Shown: in pieces, positions 1 through 10,363 of the stretch
How the letters are laid out: the number at the start of each line of letters is the position of its first letter
How positions within the stretch are numbered: the first letter of the stretch is position 1
Made by a program: the position numbers and the translations under genes
Origin: Microvirga sp.
GTDB lineage: Bacteria > Pseudomonadota > Alphaproteobacteria > Rhizobiales > Beijerinckiaceae
Assembly: GCA_035944635.1 (NCBI GenBank)
Contig: DASZAZ010000034.1
Span: forward strand, 1,864-65,863
Direction of reading: 5' to 3'
DNA length: 64,000 nucleotides
Notes under the pieces: generated by a model
What the model was told of the DNA's origin: nothing
The model's input: only the letters and a program-made list of their open reading frames with translations
Databases searched by the model: none

Positions 1-352
1 CCTCGCCCACGATGGGGCTCTTGTACTGGCTGATCTGGTAGCCCTGGGGCAGGTCCGGGTAGAAGTAGTTCTTGCGGTCGAACACGCTCTTCAGGTTGAT
101 CTCGGCCTTGAGGCCGAGGCCCGTGCGGATGGCCTGGCGCACGCATTCCTCGTTGATCACGGGGAGCATGCCGGGCATGGCGGCATCGACCAGGGACACG
201 TTGCTGTTGGGCTCGGACCCGAACAGGGTCGAGGCGCCGGAGAACAGCTTGGCCTGGCTCGTCACCTGGGCGTGGATTTCCATGCCCACGATCACCTCCC
301 AGTCGCCGGTCGCGCCCTTGATGAGCTTCTTCGGGTTGACGGGAGCGTTCAT
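1..352 (-). CDS. gatB: Asp-tRNA(Asn)/Glu-tRNA(Gln) amidotransferase subunit B, N-terminal part (runs off the window edge)
   Basis: Reverse translation from CAT at 350-352 reads [30 protein letters not shown]...[18 protein letters not shown], a typical GatB N-terminus. It is absent from the ORF track because it is truncated by the window. Confidence 0.9.
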   Translation of the reverse strand, partial: MNAPVNPKKLIKGATGDWEVIVGMEIHAQVTSQAKLFSGASTLFGSEPNSNVSLVDAAMPGMLPVINEECVRQAIRTGLGLKAEINLKSVFDRKNYFYPDLPQGYQISQYKSPIVGE

Positions 353-423
353 GGAGCCTCGCGGGATCGGCAGGTTCGGGGAATATGGCGGGACCTAAGG
401 GGGTCGAGGCTTGACGGTCAAGG

Positions 424-530
424 GGCCGCCGCGTCGCCCTTTCGGGAACCCGCGGTATCGCGAGTGGCCGCCGCGTCGCCCTTTCGGGATCCCCAAGTCC
501 CGTAAGCGGCCGCTGCGTCGCGTTTCGGGA
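424..530. repeat. Three direct copies of a ~24-nt motif (GGCCGCCGCGTCGCCCTTTCGGGA) with a 42-bp period
   Basis: Copies at 424-447 and 466-489 are identical; the copy at 508-530 is degenerate. Located in intergenic DNA upstream of gatB. Confidence 0.8.
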
Positions 531-748
531 ACTCCCGGTCGCCGGGCCGGGTTCTTCGGGCAGGCGCGGACCTCCCCTGCGGAACCGCCGCCCGGCCTCG
601 GCTTGCCCGCATGACCGGGGATCGGTGAAGCTGTGCCGCACTGAGCGCCAAGATATGCACAGTTGTGGTGCACTCCGGTCAAGCATTCGTGAAACCGCTC
701 ATGCGGTTCCGCGTTGAACCCACAGCCTAACGGTAAAGGAGTTCACCA

Positions 749-1108
749 ATGTCGATGGATCGAGACCCGAATCTCTACGATCGCGACCCCAACATGGGCG
801 CCCGCGATACCAACCTGCACACCCCCGGCGTGCACAACGCGCCCCTGCACAACACGAGCACGAACCCGCTGCATGACGGCGAGACCCGCGTTTACGACCG
901 TCACACCGGCCGCCGCTCGAACACGCTCGCCTACCTCATCGGCGGCCTCGTGCTCGCCCTCGGCCTCCTCGCCTTCCTGTTCTACGACGGCGACCGCACC
1001 GGCGACGTGAGCACCACGGGCAGCACCTCGACGCAGACCGAGCGTTCCACGACCGCTCCTGCTCCGGCGGCTCCCGGTGCCCCCGCCCGTCCGGCGGCCC
1101 CGCAATAA
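749..1108 (+). CDS. Hypothetical single-pass membrane protein (119 aa)
   Basis: AAGGAG lies 7 nt upstream of the ATG. There is one hydrophobic span (LIGGLVLALGLLAFLF) and a Pro/Ala-rich tail, and a hairpin terminator follows. I recognise no family. Confidence 0.55.
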   Translation: MSMDRDPNLYDRDPNMGARDTNLHTPGVHNAPLHNTSTNPLHDGETRVYDRHTGRRSNTLAYLIGGLVLALGLLAFLFYDGDRTGDVSTTGSTSTQTERSTTAPAPAAPGAPARPAAPQ

Positions 1109-1136
1109 GCGCCGTTACCATCAGTACCTGCGTAGG

Positions 1137-1165
1137 GGCCTGGCGAAAGCCGGGCCCTTTTCTTT
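1137..1165 (+). terminator. Rho-independent terminator candidate
   Basis: GGCCTGGC-GAAA-GCCGGGCC stem (one G-U pair, GAAA tetraloop) followed by CTTTTCTTT. Confidence 0.6.
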
Positions 1166-1225
1166 GTGCGGAACCTCAGGGCGGCTCACCCGTTACGAGG
1201 GCCCATCCCGATCGGAGGTCCCGCC

Positions 1226-1528
1226 ATGAAGCCCGTGCTCCTTGCAGCGCTCTTGGCTCTTGCGACGACTGGCGCAAGCGCGCAGCCCCGCCCCTCGACC
1301 CAGACCCTCACATGCTCGCAAGCCGCGGGGTTGGTGGCCTCGCGCGGCGCGATCGTGATGAACACGAGCCGCACCGCCTACGACCGCTTCGTGGCGGCCC
1401 GGGGCTTCTGTGCCTTCGGGGAGGTGCTGGAACCCGTCTGGGCGCCGACGCGCGACGTGGCGCAATGCTTCATCGGCTACCGCTGCAATCAGAATGACGA
1501 CGACGACTTCTTCTTCCGCCGCTGGTGA
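1226..1528 (+). CDS. Hypothetical secreted small protein (100 aa, four Cys)
   Basis: GGAGG RBS at 1215-1219. Signal-peptide-like MKPVLLAALLALATTGASAQ. Odd C-terminus NDDDDFFFRRW. No family recognised. Confidence 0.55.
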   Translation: MKPVLLAALLALATTGASAQPRPSTQTLTCSQAAGLVASRGAIVMNTSRTAYDRFVAARGFCAFGEVLEPVWAPTRDVAQCFIGYRCNQNDDDDFFFRRW

Positions 1529-1614
1529 ACCGATGCTCGACCGGCCGGCTCGCCGCAGGGTCGGAACAAGGGGCGAACGGGCCGGTTGAGGTCTTGAAAC
1601 AGTTCTGAAGGACG

Positions 1615-1860
1615 GTGACCTCGATGTTGAAGCGCAACCCCTGGATTCTTCCGATCCTGATCGTCGTAGGCGTGGCCGCGCTCTACCTCGCGATCGTGAC
1701 GAGCCGCAGCAGCGTCGATCAATCGGAACTCCTCGGCCACTGGTTCACCTACGGCGCCATCTTCGTGGGCATCGCGCTGGCGGCGGTGTTCGCCTACAAG
1801 GCCTTCCGCCACGACCGGGATCGCGACGAGGGCGCCTCGCTCCGCGACCGGGGCCGCTAA
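1615..1860 (+). CDS. Hypothetical small membrane protein (two predicted TM helices)
   Basis: ORF with two hydrophobic spans and GC3-rich codons. The start is uncertain (GTG 1615 or ATG 1624). Confidence 0.45.
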   Translation: MTSMLKRNPWILPILIVVGVAALYLAIVTSRSSVDQSELLGHWFTYGAIFVGIALAAVFAYKAFRHDRDRDEGASLRDRGR

Positions 1861-1890
1861 GCCCCGCAGGCTGGCCGCATCGCGGGGCGC

Positions 1891-2196
1891 TCAAGCCCTG
1901 CGGACGATCCGGCGGGCGAGATAGGCGCCCGCCGCCCACACCACCGCCGCGATCACCCGCACCTGGAGCAGCATCGGGCCCTCGCGGCTGATCGGCGCCA
2001 CCCAGGGCAGCCCGATCGTCGTGATCAGCCACGACGCCAGCACGGACAGGGCCAGGGCCACGATGGCGGCGATGAACACCTTCCCGAACTGATCCGCCTT
2101 CCAGCCGAGCCAGACGGCGACGAGGATCAGCACCGGATCGAAGGCACCCGCGATCCAACTCCAGAACGGGACGACCGGAACCGTCACTTGGCCCAC
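1891..2196 (-). CDS. Hypothetical integral membrane protein (~100 aa)
   Basis: Three hydrophobic segments. An alternative GTG at 2187 overlaps the gatA stop as GTGA, which suggests co-translation with gatA. Confidence 0.55.
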   Translation of the reverse strand: MGQVTVPVVPFWSWIAGAFDPVLILVAVWLGWKADQFGKVFIAAIVALALSVLASWLITTIGLPWVAPISREGPMLLQVRVIAAVVWAAGAYLARRIVRRA

Positions 2197-3701
2197 CAGG
2201 GCTGCGGCAGGGCCACGCGGCCCGCGGCATCCTCGATGGCTTGGCCCACGGCGAACAGCGTCTCCTCGTCGAAGGCGCGGCCGATCACCTGCAGGCCGAG
2301 CGGCAGCCCTTGCGCGTCGAAGCCCGCCGGCACCGCGATGCCGGGCAGGCCCGCCATGTTCACGGTGACCGTGAAGATGTCGTTCAGGTACATCTCGACC
2401 GGATCGCCCGAGCCCTTCTCGCCGATCCCGAACGCCGCGGAGGGCGTCGCCGGGGTGAGGATCGCGTCCACCCCTTGCGCGTAGACCTCCTCGAAATCAC
2501 GCTTGATCAGCGTGCGGATCTTCTGCGCCCGCACGTAATAGGCGTCGTAATAGCCGGCCGAGAGCACATAGGTGCCGATCATGATGCGCCGCTTCACCTC
2601 GCGGCCGAAGCCGGCCGCGCGGGTGTTCTCGTACTGCTCGATCACGTCGCGGCCGGGCACGCGCAGGCCGTAGCGCACGCCGTCGTAGCGGGCGAGGTTG
2701 GACGAGGCTTCCGCCGGCGCCACGATGTAATAGGCCGGCAGGGCGTATTTCGTGTGCGGCAGCGAGACCTCGACGATCTCCGCGCCCGCGGCCTTGAGCC
2801 ATTCCGCGCCCCGGGTCCACAGGGCCTCGATCTCCGCCGGCATGCCCTCGAGGCGGTATTCCTTCGGGATGCCGATCTTGAGGCCCTTCACGCCCCGGCC
2901 CACCGCGGCCTCGTAATCGGGCACGGGAATGTCAGCGCAGGTGGTGTCCTTCGGGTCGGGGCCCGCCATGGAGCGCAGCAGAATCGCGGTGTCGCGTACG
3001 GTGCGCGCGATGGGACCGGCCTGATCCAGCGACGACGCGAAGGCCACCGTGCCCCAGCGCGAGCAGCGGCCGTAGGTGGGCTTGATCCCGACCGTGCCCG
3101 TGAAGGCCGCGGGCTGGCGGATCGAGCCGCCGGTATCCGTCGCGGTCGCGCCGAGGCACAGGCGCGCCGCCACGGCCGCGGCCGAGCCGCCGGAGGAGCC
3201 GCCGGGCACGAGATGCGCGCCCTCGACGCCGCTCGCATCCGAGGCATGGACGTTCGAGCCCTTGCGGCGCCAGGGCGAGACCACCGGGCCGAAGGCGCTG
3301 GTCTCGTTCGACGAGCCCATGGCGAACTCGTCCATGTTGAGCTTGCCCAGCATCACGGCGCCGTCGCGCCACAGATTGTGGGTGACGGTGGCCTCATAGG
3401 GAGGCTCGAAGCCTTTGAGGATGTTGGAGCCCGCCGTCGACTGGACGCCGTGGGTGCAGAACAGGTCCTTGATGCCGAGCGGGATGCCCTCAAGCGGGCG
3501 CCCCTCGCCCTTGGCGATCTTCTCGTCCGAGGCCTTCGCCATGGCGAGCGCGCGTTCGGGCGTCTCCAGCACATAGGCGTTGAGCACCCGCGCCTTCTCG
3601 ATGGCGGTGAGATGCGCCTGCGCCAGTTCGGCGGCCGAGAACTGCTTCTGGGCGAGCGCGTCGCGGGCTTCGGCGATGGTGAGATGGGTGAGTTCGGTCA
3701 C
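2184..3701 (-). CDS. gatA: Glu-tRNA(Gln) amidotransferase subunit A
   Basis: Amidase signature region [13 protein letters not shown] and overall GatA-like sequence. GTG start. Confidence 0.95.
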   Translation of the reverse strand: MTELTHLTIAEARDALAQKQFSAAELAQAHLTAIEKARVLNAYVLETPERALAMAKASDEKIAKGEGRPLEGIPLGIKDLFCTHGVQSTAGSNILKGFEPPYEATVTHNLWRDGAVMLGKLNMDEFAMGSSNETSAFGPVVSPWRRKGSNVHASDASGVEGAHLVPGGSSGGSAAAVAARLCLGATATDTGGSIRQPAAFTGTVGIKPTYGRCSRWGTVAFASSLDQAGPIARTVRDTAILLRSMAGPDPKDTTCADIPVPDYEAAVGRGVKGLKIGIPKEYRLEGMPAEIEALWTRGAEWLKAAGAEIVEVSLPHTKYALPAYYIVAPAEASSNLARYDGVRYGLRVPGRDVIEQYENTRAAGFGREVKRRIMIGTYVLSAGYYDAYYVRAQKIRTLIKRDFEEVYAQGVDAILTPATPSAAFGIGEKGSGDPVEMYLNDIFTVTVNMAGLPGIAVPAGFDAQGLPLGLQVIGRAFDEETLFAVGQAIEDAAGRVALPQPWWAK

Positions 3702-3714
3702 GGATTTCTCTCAA

Positions 3715-3790
3715 TCGTCATGGCCGGGCTTGTCCCGGCCATCCACGTCTGTGCAGCGGAACGAGACCCCCGGGTCGAGCCCGGGGATGG
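3715..3790. repeat. Palindromic intergenic repeat element (two hairpins)
   Basis: GTCATGGCCGGGCTTGTCCCGGCCATCCACG plus CCCCGGGTCGAGCCCGGGG. It occupies most of the 104-bp gatC-gatA spacer. Confidence 0.6.
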
Positions 3791-3805
3791 TCGATCAGGC
3801 TTCGC

Positions 3806-4093
3806 CTATTCGACCACCTTCGGGACGAGGAAGAAGCCATCCTCCGTGGCCGGCGCGTTGCGGACGATCTGGTCCGCATAGCCGCCATCGGTGACGCCGT
3901 CCTGGCGCTTCTTCATCGTCATCGGGGTCACGGAGGTCATGGGCTCCACGCCCTCCACGTTCACCTCGTTCAATTGCTCGACGAAGGAGAGGATGGCGTT
4001 GAGCTCGCCCTGGAGGTGGGGCACCTCGTCGTCCGTGACGGCAATGCGCGCCAGCCGCGCGATGCGCCGGACCGTGTTCTGGTCGACCGACAT
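3806..4093 (-). CDS. gatC: Glu-tRNA(Gln) amidotransferase subunit C
   Basis: 95 aa, with RIARLARI...[11 protein letters not shown] typical of GatC. Lies immediately upstream of gatA. Confidence 0.9.
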   Translation of the reverse strand: MSVDQNTVRRIARLARIAVTDDEVPHLQGELNAILSFVEQLNEVNVEGVEPMTSVTPMTMKKRQDGVTDGGYADQIVRNAPATEDGFFLVPKVVE

Positions 4094-4189
4094 GAAACAT
4101 CGAACCTTTAAGGAGGGGTCGGGGGCCTATAGCACCCGGCCCGCTTCCGCCGCAACGGAGCCTTGGCCGCAGGGCGGCCTCGGGGTGGT

Positions 4190-4891
4190 TCAGTCGATCC
4201 GCACCCCGACCGTCTTGTTCGGTACGATCACCTGCGTGCCCTTGCCGTCCATGGCGGCCACGAAGCGATCGGCGTCGGGGAGGATGAGGCCGAAGGAGCC
4301 GTAATGGCAGGGAATCGCGGCCTTGAGCTTGAAGTAGCGCTGGACCGCGAGCGCCGCGACCTCGGGGCCCATGGTGAAGCGGTCGCCGATGGGGACGAGG
4401 GCCACGTCGGGCTGGTGGATCTCGCCGATGAGGGCCATGTCGCCGAAGATGTCGGTATCGCCCATGTGGTAGACCGTGGGCTGCCCAGGCGCCTTGACCA
4501 CGAAGCCGTTGGCGCTGCCGAGGGGGAAGTTCACGCCCATCTCGACGAGACCTGCCGAATGGTCGGCCCGCACGAGGGTCGCGGTGAAGCCGCCGAGATC
4601 GACCGTCCCGCCCGTGTTCATGGGCTCGAACTTCTCCACGCCCTGCTTTGCCAGCCACATGAGGAGGTCGAAATTCGTGACCACCGTAGCGCCGGTGTTC
4701 TTCGCGATCTCCAACGTGTCGCCCACGTGGTCGCCATGGCCGTGGGTGACGAGGATGTGGGTTGCGCCCTCCACGGCCTTGTCCCGGTCGCCGTTCCAGG
4801 CGGGGTTGCCGGTGAAGAAGGGGTCGATGAGCACGACCTTGTCGGCGAAGTCGAGACGAAAGGCCGAATGGCCGAACCAGGTGATCTTCAT
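4190..4891 (-). CDS. Metal-dependent hydrolase, UPF0173 / metallo-beta-lactamase fold
   Basis: [13 protein letters not shown] start and HGHGDH metal motif. Confidence 0.85.
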   Translation of the reverse strand: MKITWFGHSAFRLDFADKVVLIDPFFTGNPAWNGDRDKAVEGATHILVTHGHGDHVGDTLEIAKNTGATVVTNFDLLMWLAKQGVEKFEPMNTGGTVDLGGFTATLVRADHSAGLVEMGVNFPLGSANGFVVKAPGQPTVYHMGDTDIFGDMALIGEIHQPDVALVPIGDRFTMGPEVAALAVQRYFKLKAAIPCHYGSFGLILPDADRFVAAMDGKGTQVIVPNKTVGVRID

Positions 4892-4980
4892 GAGCGCAAT
4901 CCTCCCGGGCGCGAGCTAGGGCAATCGGAGCGGAATGACTATAGGAGGGATCGCAGGCCGGCGAGGAGTGTTCACGGGTT

Positions 4981-5475
4981 ATGACCAGCGACGACGAGCT
5001 CGTGGCCTTCATCGACGGCCTGGCGAAAGGCGCGCGCCTCATCGGCGTCGACCTCGGCACCAAAACCATCGGACTTGCCCTCTCCGACGTGGAGCGGCGC
5101 ATCGCGTCGCCGCTCGAAACCATCAAGCGGGTGAAGTTCACGCCCGACGTCGAGAAGATGAAGGGCTTCGTGCAGCGCTTCGGCGTCGGCGGGCTCGTCT
5201 TCGGGCTTCCCCTCAACATGGACGGCACGGAGGGCCCGCGCTCGCAGGCGACCCGCGCCTTCGTGCGCAACCTCAAGCCCCTGCTGCCGCTGCCGGTGCT
5301 CTATTGGGACGAGCGCATGTCCACCATGGCGGTGACCCGCATGCTCATCGACGCCGACACATCCCGGGCCCGCCGGGGCGAGCTCGTGGACAAGATGGCG
5401 GCCGCCTACATCCTCCAGGGCGCCCTCGACCGCTACCAGCGCATGCTGCCCGAGGAGGACGAGTTCGAGACCTGA
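4981..5475 (+). CDS. ruvX: Putative pre-16S rRNA nuclease / Holliday junction resolvase-like YqgF
   Basis: [18 protein letters not shown]-terminal motif and matching length. Confidence 0.9.
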   Translation: MTSDDELVAFIDGLAKGARLIGVDLGTKTIGLALSDVERRIASPLETIKRVKFTPDVEKMKGFVQRFGVGGLVFGLPLNMDGTEGPRSQATRAFVRNLKPLLPLPVLYWDERMSTMAVTRMLIDADTSRARRGELVDKMAAAYILQGALDRYQRMLPEEDEFET

Positions 5476-5618
5476 TCGGGCTCGCCGTCCCGAAGCGGAT
5501 GCGTTCGAGGACCGATCGCCTTGTGCCCGGGGAGCGCGGGGCGTAAGGGCTGGCCACCCTCTCCCCTGGTGGGCGGACCGACGAGCGTCCCTGCCCGCGC
5601 CCTGCGCTTTAGAGCCCC

Positions 5619-6548
5619 ATGTCCTCCGTTTTCGCCAGCCTGATCCCGGTCTTCCTCGTCATCGCGACCGGCTGGCTCGCGCGGGTCACGGGCTTCGTGG
5701 ACGAGAAGCACTGGGCCGGGCTCGAGCGGGTCACCTACGTGATCTTCTTTCCCGCCCTCATCATCGACACCCTGGTGCGGGCGGATCTCGGCTCCGTCCC
5801 CGTGGTGAGCGTCGGCGGCGCGCTCATCGCCGCCATTCTCACCATGTCGGCGCTCCTTCTCGTGCTGCGGCCGACCCTGCAGCGGACGATGAACCTCGAC
5901 GGGCCGAGCTTCACCTCCGTGTTCCAGGGCGCGACCCGGTGGAACACCTTCGTGGGCGTCGCCACCGCCGGGAGCCTCTACGGGCAGCGAGGCGTGGCCC
6001 TCATGGCGGTCGCCATCGCGGCCATGGTGCCGCTCCTCAACGTGCTCGCGCTTTACGTGTTCGTGCGCTTCGCCGGCGGCCCCCGCCAGAGCCCGCGGCA
6101 GATCCTGCGCACCTTCGTGACGAATCCCTTCATCTGGTCCTGCGCGGTGGGGCTGCTGCTCAACCCCGTTGGCCAATGGCTGCCGGCACCGGTGCTGGGC
6201 TACGTCGATATCGTCGGCCGGGCGGCCCTGGCCGCGGGCCTCCTCGTCGTCGGAGCGGGGCTCGACCTGAAAAGCCTCTCGCGCCCGGGCCCGCCGCACT
6301 TCCTCGCCATCGTGCTCAAGCTCGTCGCCCTGCCGGTGATCGCGGTTCTGATCGCCCGATTCCTGGGCGTGGACGGGCCGGACCTCGCGGTCGCGGTCAT
6401 CGCCTCCTCGGTGCCGACGGCGAGCGCGTCCTATGTGCTGGCCCGCCAGCTCGGCGGCAACGCGCCGCTCATGGCGGAAATCCTCACCCTTCAGACGCTG
6501 CTCGCGCTCGCCACCATGCCGCTCATGATGGCGCTGCTCGCCGGCTGA
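5619..6548 (+). CDS. AEC (auxin efflux carrier) family transporter
   Basis: About 10 TM segments, and an N-terminus typical of the AEC family. Confidence 0.8.
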   Translation: MSSVFASLIPVFLVIATGWLARVTGFVDEKHWAGLERVTYVIFFPALIIDTLVRADLGSVPVVSVGGALIAAILTMSALLLVLRPTLQRTMNLDGPSFTSVFQGATRWNTFVGVATAGSLYGQRGVALMAVAIAAMVPLLNVLALYVFVRFAGGPRQSPRQILRTFVTNPFIWSCAVGLLLNPVGQWLPAPVLGYVDIVGRAALAAGLLVVGAGLDLKSLSRPGPPHFLAIVLKLVALPVIAVLIARFLGVDGPDLAVAVIASSVPTASASYVLARQLGGNAPLMAEILTLQTLLALATMPLMMALLAG

Positions 6549-6642
6549 AGCGTTCTCGCAACCGGCGGTATAGTTTACCGGCTTGTGTGTTCATGGGTTG
6601 TGTTGTTATCACGGAGGTCCCCTCCTGACGGCACCAGGGCCC

Positions 6643-6867
6643 ATGTCGAAAACGCCAGCGCGTCTCCCCTCCCCGCCCGCGGAAGCCGAGGTCGAGCCCC
6701 CGGTGGCCTGGACCCAGGCGGAGGCCGCGCAATACATCGCGTCCATGGCGGGCGAACTCTCGCTTCTGGCGCGGCACGCCAAGCTCGACCTCGTGTCGTA
6801 CCTCCTCGACATGGCCCGCCTGGAAGCCGACAACGCGAGCCGTCCGCGCAGGCGGCCGGGCCGGTAG
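6643..6867 (+). CDS. Hypothetical small protein (74 aa)
   Basis: GC3-rich frame starting at ATG 6643, convergent with dprA. No family recognised. Confidence 0.4.
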   Translation: MSKTPARLPSPPAEAEVEPPVAWTQAEAAQYIASMAGELSLLARHAKLDLVSYLLDMARLEADNASRPRRRPGR

Positions 6868-6875
6868 GGCCCCGG

Positions 6876-8063
6876 TCAGCGCGGCGCGATGAGAGACACG
6901 GCATTGCCGCCGTGCCGCTCCAGGCGGCCGGCGATTTCCAATTCGAGCAGTTGCATGGTCACGGAGCGGGCGGGCAGGCCCGACTGGCGCACCAGTTCGT
7001 CCACAGCGATGGGGCTTGGGCCGAGAAGAGCGACGAGGCCGCCCTCCATCGCGGGCCGGTCTTCGTCGGACTCCGCGCGCTCGAAGCGGATCGGCTGCGA
7101 CGCCGCGCCGGGCAGGTCGAGTTCGTCCCACAGGTCCTCGAAGGCCGACGCCTCCTGCGGCTCCTGAGCACTCGCCCGACCCGGCTCGGCAGCGCGCAGG
7201 GGATCGAGGACCGCGGTCACGTGCTCGACCGCGGCGCAGAGCGTCGCGCCCTCGCGGATGAGATCGTTGGTGCCCTCGGCGCGCGGGTCGAGGGGCGAGC
7301 CCGGGACCGCGAAAACCTCGCGGCCCTGTTCGAGGGCAAAGCGCGCCGTAATCAGCGAGCCCGAGCGGCGGGCCGCCTCCACGATGACCGTGCCGAGCGA
7401 CAGGCCCGAAACGATGCGGTTGCGGCGGGGGAAGTCCCGCCCCCGGGGCTCCCAGCCCATGGGCATCTCGGAGAGCACGGCGCCGCCGGACTCGAGAATC
7501 GCATGGAGCAGCGGCTCGTTGTCGGCGGGATAGATCCGGTCCTGACCGCCCGCGAGCACGGCGACCGTGCCCGTGGCGAGCGAGGCCTTGTGGGCGCGGG
7601 TGTCGATCCCGCGGGCGAGGCCCGAGGCCACGGCGTAGCCCGCCTCCCCTAAGCCCCGCGCCAGGCGCTCCGTGAAGGCGAGCCCCGCCGCCGAAGCATT
7701 GCGCGAGCCCACGATCGCCACGCAGGGGCGTGCGAGAACGGCAGCAGAGCCGCGCAAGGCGACGAGCGGAGGCGCCGTGTCGACCGCCTGGAGCGCTTTT
7801 GGGTAGTCGGGCTCGCCCATGGCAACGAAGCGCGCGCCGATGCGCGCGGCGTCCGCGATCTCGCGCTCGGCTTCCGCGCGGGTCGCCACTTTGAGGAGCA
7901 GGCGCCCGCCGCGGCGGGCGAGGTCCGGCAGGGCGTCGAGGGCGGCCGAGGCGCCGCCGAACTGGTTGACGAGCGCCCGGAAGGTGCGCGGGCCGACATT
8001 CTCGGACCGGATGAGGCGCAGCCAATCGATCCTTTGTTGGTCGGTGAGCCGCGCGCCGGTCAT
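6876..8063 (-). CDS. dprA: DNA-processing protein DprA (Smf)
   Basis: VAIVGSRNASAAG...GIDTRAHKASL Rossmann-like DprA core, and the usual position next to plsY and topA. Confidence 0.9.
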   Translation of the reverse strand: MTGARLTDQQRIDWLRLIRSENVGPRTFRALVNQFGGASAALDALPDLARRGGRLLLKVATRAEAEREIADAARIGARFVAMGEPDYPKALQAVDTAPPLVALRGSAAVLARPCVAIVGSRNASAAGLAFTERLARGLGEAGYAVASGLARGIDTRAHKASLATGTVAVLAGGQDRIYPADNEPLLHAILESGGAVLSEMPMGWEPRGRDFPRRNRIVSGLSLGTVIVEAARRSGSLITARFALEQGREVFAVPGSPLDPRAEGTNDLIREGATLCAAVEHVTAVLDPLRAAEPGRASAQEPQEASAFEDLWDELDLPGAASQPIRFERAESDEDRPAMEGGLVALLGPSPIAVDELVRQSGLPARSVTMQLLELEIAGRLERHGGNAVSLIAPR

Positions 8064-8073
8064 CGGGATTCCC

Positions 8074-8682
8074 TCACCCCTTCTGGCCGATCTTGCCCTC
8101 GGTGCCGGCCAGGAGGCGCTTGATGTTCTCCCGGTGCTTCCACCAGAGCAAGAGCGTGATCAGCACCATGATGCCCGCCATCGGCCCCTCGCCGAGAGCC
8201 CAAAGGATCGGTGGCGTCGCGCCGCTGGCGACGAGAGACGAGAGCGACGAATAGCGGGTCGCGAAGGCGAGGCCGAGCCAGATCGCGGCGAAGCCCAGCG
8301 CGGCGTAGAGATTGAGCCCGATCAGGCAACCGATGAAGGTCGCAACGCCCTTGCCGCCTTTGAAGCCGAGCCAAACCGGAAAGAGATGCCCGAGGAAGGC
8401 GCCGAGCGCCGCCACGATGGCGGCGTCGGGCCCCCAGATCGCCCCCGCGATCAGCACGGCGGCTGTGCCTTTCAATCCGTCGCCGAGGAGCGTCGCGGCG
8501 GCCAAGCCCTTGCGGCCGGTGCGCAGCACGTTCGTGGCGCCGATGTTGCCGGAGCCGACCTTGCGGATGTCACCGAGGCCGGCCATGCGGGTGAAGATCA
8601 CGCCGAACGGGATGGAGCCCAGGAGATATCCGAGCACCAGGGCCAACAGCGTGGCCGACCAGTTCATCGATTCAACCATCAT
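8074..8682 (-). CDS. plsY: Glycerol-3-phosphate acyltransferase PlsY
   Basis: [12 protein letters not shown] and [10 protein letters not shown] motifs. Only the terminal ~202 codons of the long track ORF 8074..10164 are genic. Confidence 0.9.
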   Translation of the reverse strand: MMVESMNWSATLLALVLGYLLGSIPFGVIFTRMAGLGDIRKVGSGNIGATNVLRTGRKGLAAATLLGDGLKGTAAVLIAGAIWGPDAAIVAALGAFLGHLFPVWLGFKGGKGVATFIGCLIGLNLYAALGFAAIWLGLAFATRYSSLSSLVASGATPPILWALGEGPMAGIMVLITLLLWWKHRENIKRLLAGTEGKIGQKG

Positions 8683-8687
8683 TCCCC

Positions 8688-9995
8688 TCACATCGCGCCG
8701 GCTTCGCGCCGGTCGAAGACGATCCTGCCGCCCACCATGGTGATCGTCACCTGCCCTTCGAGGCGCGCCTCGTCGAAAGGCGTGTTCTTGGAGCGCGAGC
8801 GCAAGTGGTGGCGGTCGAGCACGTAAGGCGCGTCGGGATCGAACAGGATGAGATCCGCGGGCGCGCCCTTCTGCAGCCGCCCGGCCGGAAGACGTAGGAT
8901 GTCCGCGGGACGGGACGACATGGCGCGCAGGAGCGTCGGCAGGCCGATCTGACCGGCGTGAACGAGCCGCAGGCCGGCGGACAGCAGGGTTTCGAGCCCG
9001 ATGGCGCCGTTCTCGGCCTCGGCGAAAGGCAGGCGCTTCGTCTCCACGTCCTGCGGGTTGTGATCGGACACGATCACGTCGATCACGCCCTCGGCCAAGG
9101 CCGCGATCACCGCGCGACGGTCGTCCTCGTGGCGGAGCGGCGGCGAGAGCTTCAGGAAGGTGCGGTACTCGCCGATGTCGTTTTCGTTGAGCGCCAGGTT
9201 GTTGATCGACACCCCGCAGGTAATGGGGAGCCCCCTCGCCTTCGCGGCGAGGACGATCTCCACCGAATCCGAGCAGGAGATCATCGCGGCGTGGTAGCGC
9301 CCGCCCGTGAGGCGCAGCAAGCGGATGTCGCGCTCCAGCATCACGGTTTCGGCCTCGCGGGGGATGCCGTGAAGGCCGAGGCGCGCGGCGAGTTCGCCCT
9401 CGTTCATCACGCCGTCGCCGACGAGGTCCGGGTCTTCCACGTGGTGGACGATGAGCGCGCCGAAGTCGCGGGCATAGGTCAGCGCACGGCGCATCACCTG
9501 GGCATTGGTGACGGAGCGCGCCCCATCCGTGAACGCCACCGCGCCGGCCTCCGCGAGCAGCCCGATCTCGGCCATCTCGCGGCCCTGCAGGCCCTTGGTG
9601 AGCGCCGCGGCCGGACGCACGTTCACGACCGCCTTCTCGCTCGCGCGGCGGAGCACGAAATCGACGATCGCGGGATCGTCGAGCACGGGATTCGTGTCCG
9701 GCATCGACACGATGGTGGTGACGCCCCCGGCGGCGGCGGCCTCGCTCGCGCTTTTCAAGGTTTCGCGGTGCTCGGCCCCCGGCTCGCCGATGAAGGCGCG
9801 CATGTCGATGAGGCCCGGCGCCAGCACCTGCCCCCTTCCCTCGATCACCACCGCGTCGGCGGCCTCCGTCACCGCGGGTCCGAGGTCCTGAATCACGCCG
9901 TTCCGCACGAGCAGGCCGCCGCACCGCTCCTCCCCCGATGCGGGATCGATGAGGCGCGCGTTGCGGATCAGAACGGGTTGGGCGGGATCGATCAT
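8688..9995 (-). CDS. Dihydroorotase-like protein, probably the non-catalytic PyrC' type
   Basis: Class I DHOase-like sequence, but the DxHxH metal motif reads IDMRAF (9792-9806). The start at ATG 9995 overlaps the upstream stop. Confidence 0.85.
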   Translation of the reverse strand: MIDPAQPVLIRNARLIDPASGEERCGGLLVRNGVIQDLGPAVTEAADAVVIEGRGQVLAPGLIDMRAFIGEPGAEHRETLKSASEAAAAGGVTTIVSMPDTNPVLDDPAIVDFVLRRASEKAVVNVRPAAALTKGLQGREMAEIGLLAEAGAVAFTDGARSVTNAQVMRRALTYARDFGALIVHHVEDPDLVGDGVMNEGELAARLGLHGIPREAETVMLERDIRLLRLTGGRYHAAMISCSDSVEIVLAAKARGLPITCGVSINNLALNENDIGEYRTFLKLSPPLRHEDDRRAVIAALAEGVIDVIVSDHNPQDVETKRLPFAEAENGAIGLETLLSAGLRLVHAGQIGLPTLLRAMSSRPADILRLPAGRLQKGAPADLILFDPDAPYVLDRHHLRSRSKNTPFDEARLEGQVTITMVGGRIVFDRREAGAM

Positions 9996-10363
9996 GCGCA
10001 GCCCGGAATGTCCTCGAAGCGACGGAACACGAGCTTGCCGTGGCGCTCCGCCGTCGCCACCATGTCGTCGGCGCCGGCCGATGCTCCGCCGATGCGCAGC
10101 ACGCCGTCGCATTTGGCGACGAGCCGCCGGGCGATGGGGTGGAAGATCTCGTCGAAGACCGCATCGCCGATCCGCGTCGAGCCCGCGAACTCGATGAGCG
10201 GCAGAGCGTACCACTCGCCCAGCACCGGCAGGTGGCCGGCGCGGAAGAGGCGCAGCGCCATATCCATCATGGCGTCCACGTTGGCCTGGATCTTCTTGGG
10301 GTCGTCGCCCGTGCCAGAGCGATAGGGTCCGGCGACGAGGATCATGAGCGGGGCGTCGGTCAT
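9992..10363 (-). CDS. Small soluble protein (123 aa), possibly nucleoside 2-deoxyribosyltransferase-like fold
   Basis: [12 protein letters not shown]...[18 protein letters not shown] pattern. ATGA overlaps at both ends. The fold assignment rests on memory only. Confidence 0.55.
   Translation of the reverse strand: MTDAPLMILVAGPYRSGTGDDPKKIQANVDAMMDMALRLFRAGHLPVLGEWYALPLIEFAGSTRIGDAVFDEIFHPIARRLVAKCDGVLRIGGASAGADDMVATAERHGKLVFRRFEDIPGCA

Noticed and set aside
424-530. Possible CRISPR array, given regularly spaced repeats.
   Set aside because: There are only three copies. The 24-nt repeats have 18-nt spacers, which are too short, and the spacers are partly similar to each other. No cas genes lie nearby.
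8074-10164. Track ORFs 8074..10164 (696 aa), 8688..10214 and 10360..11871, which appear to be single large genes.
   Set aside because: Only the 3' portions match real proteins (PlsY, the DHOase-like protein and the small membrane protein). The 5' extensions run through neighbouring genes in other frames and translate to Arg/Pro-rich sequence with no recognisable features.
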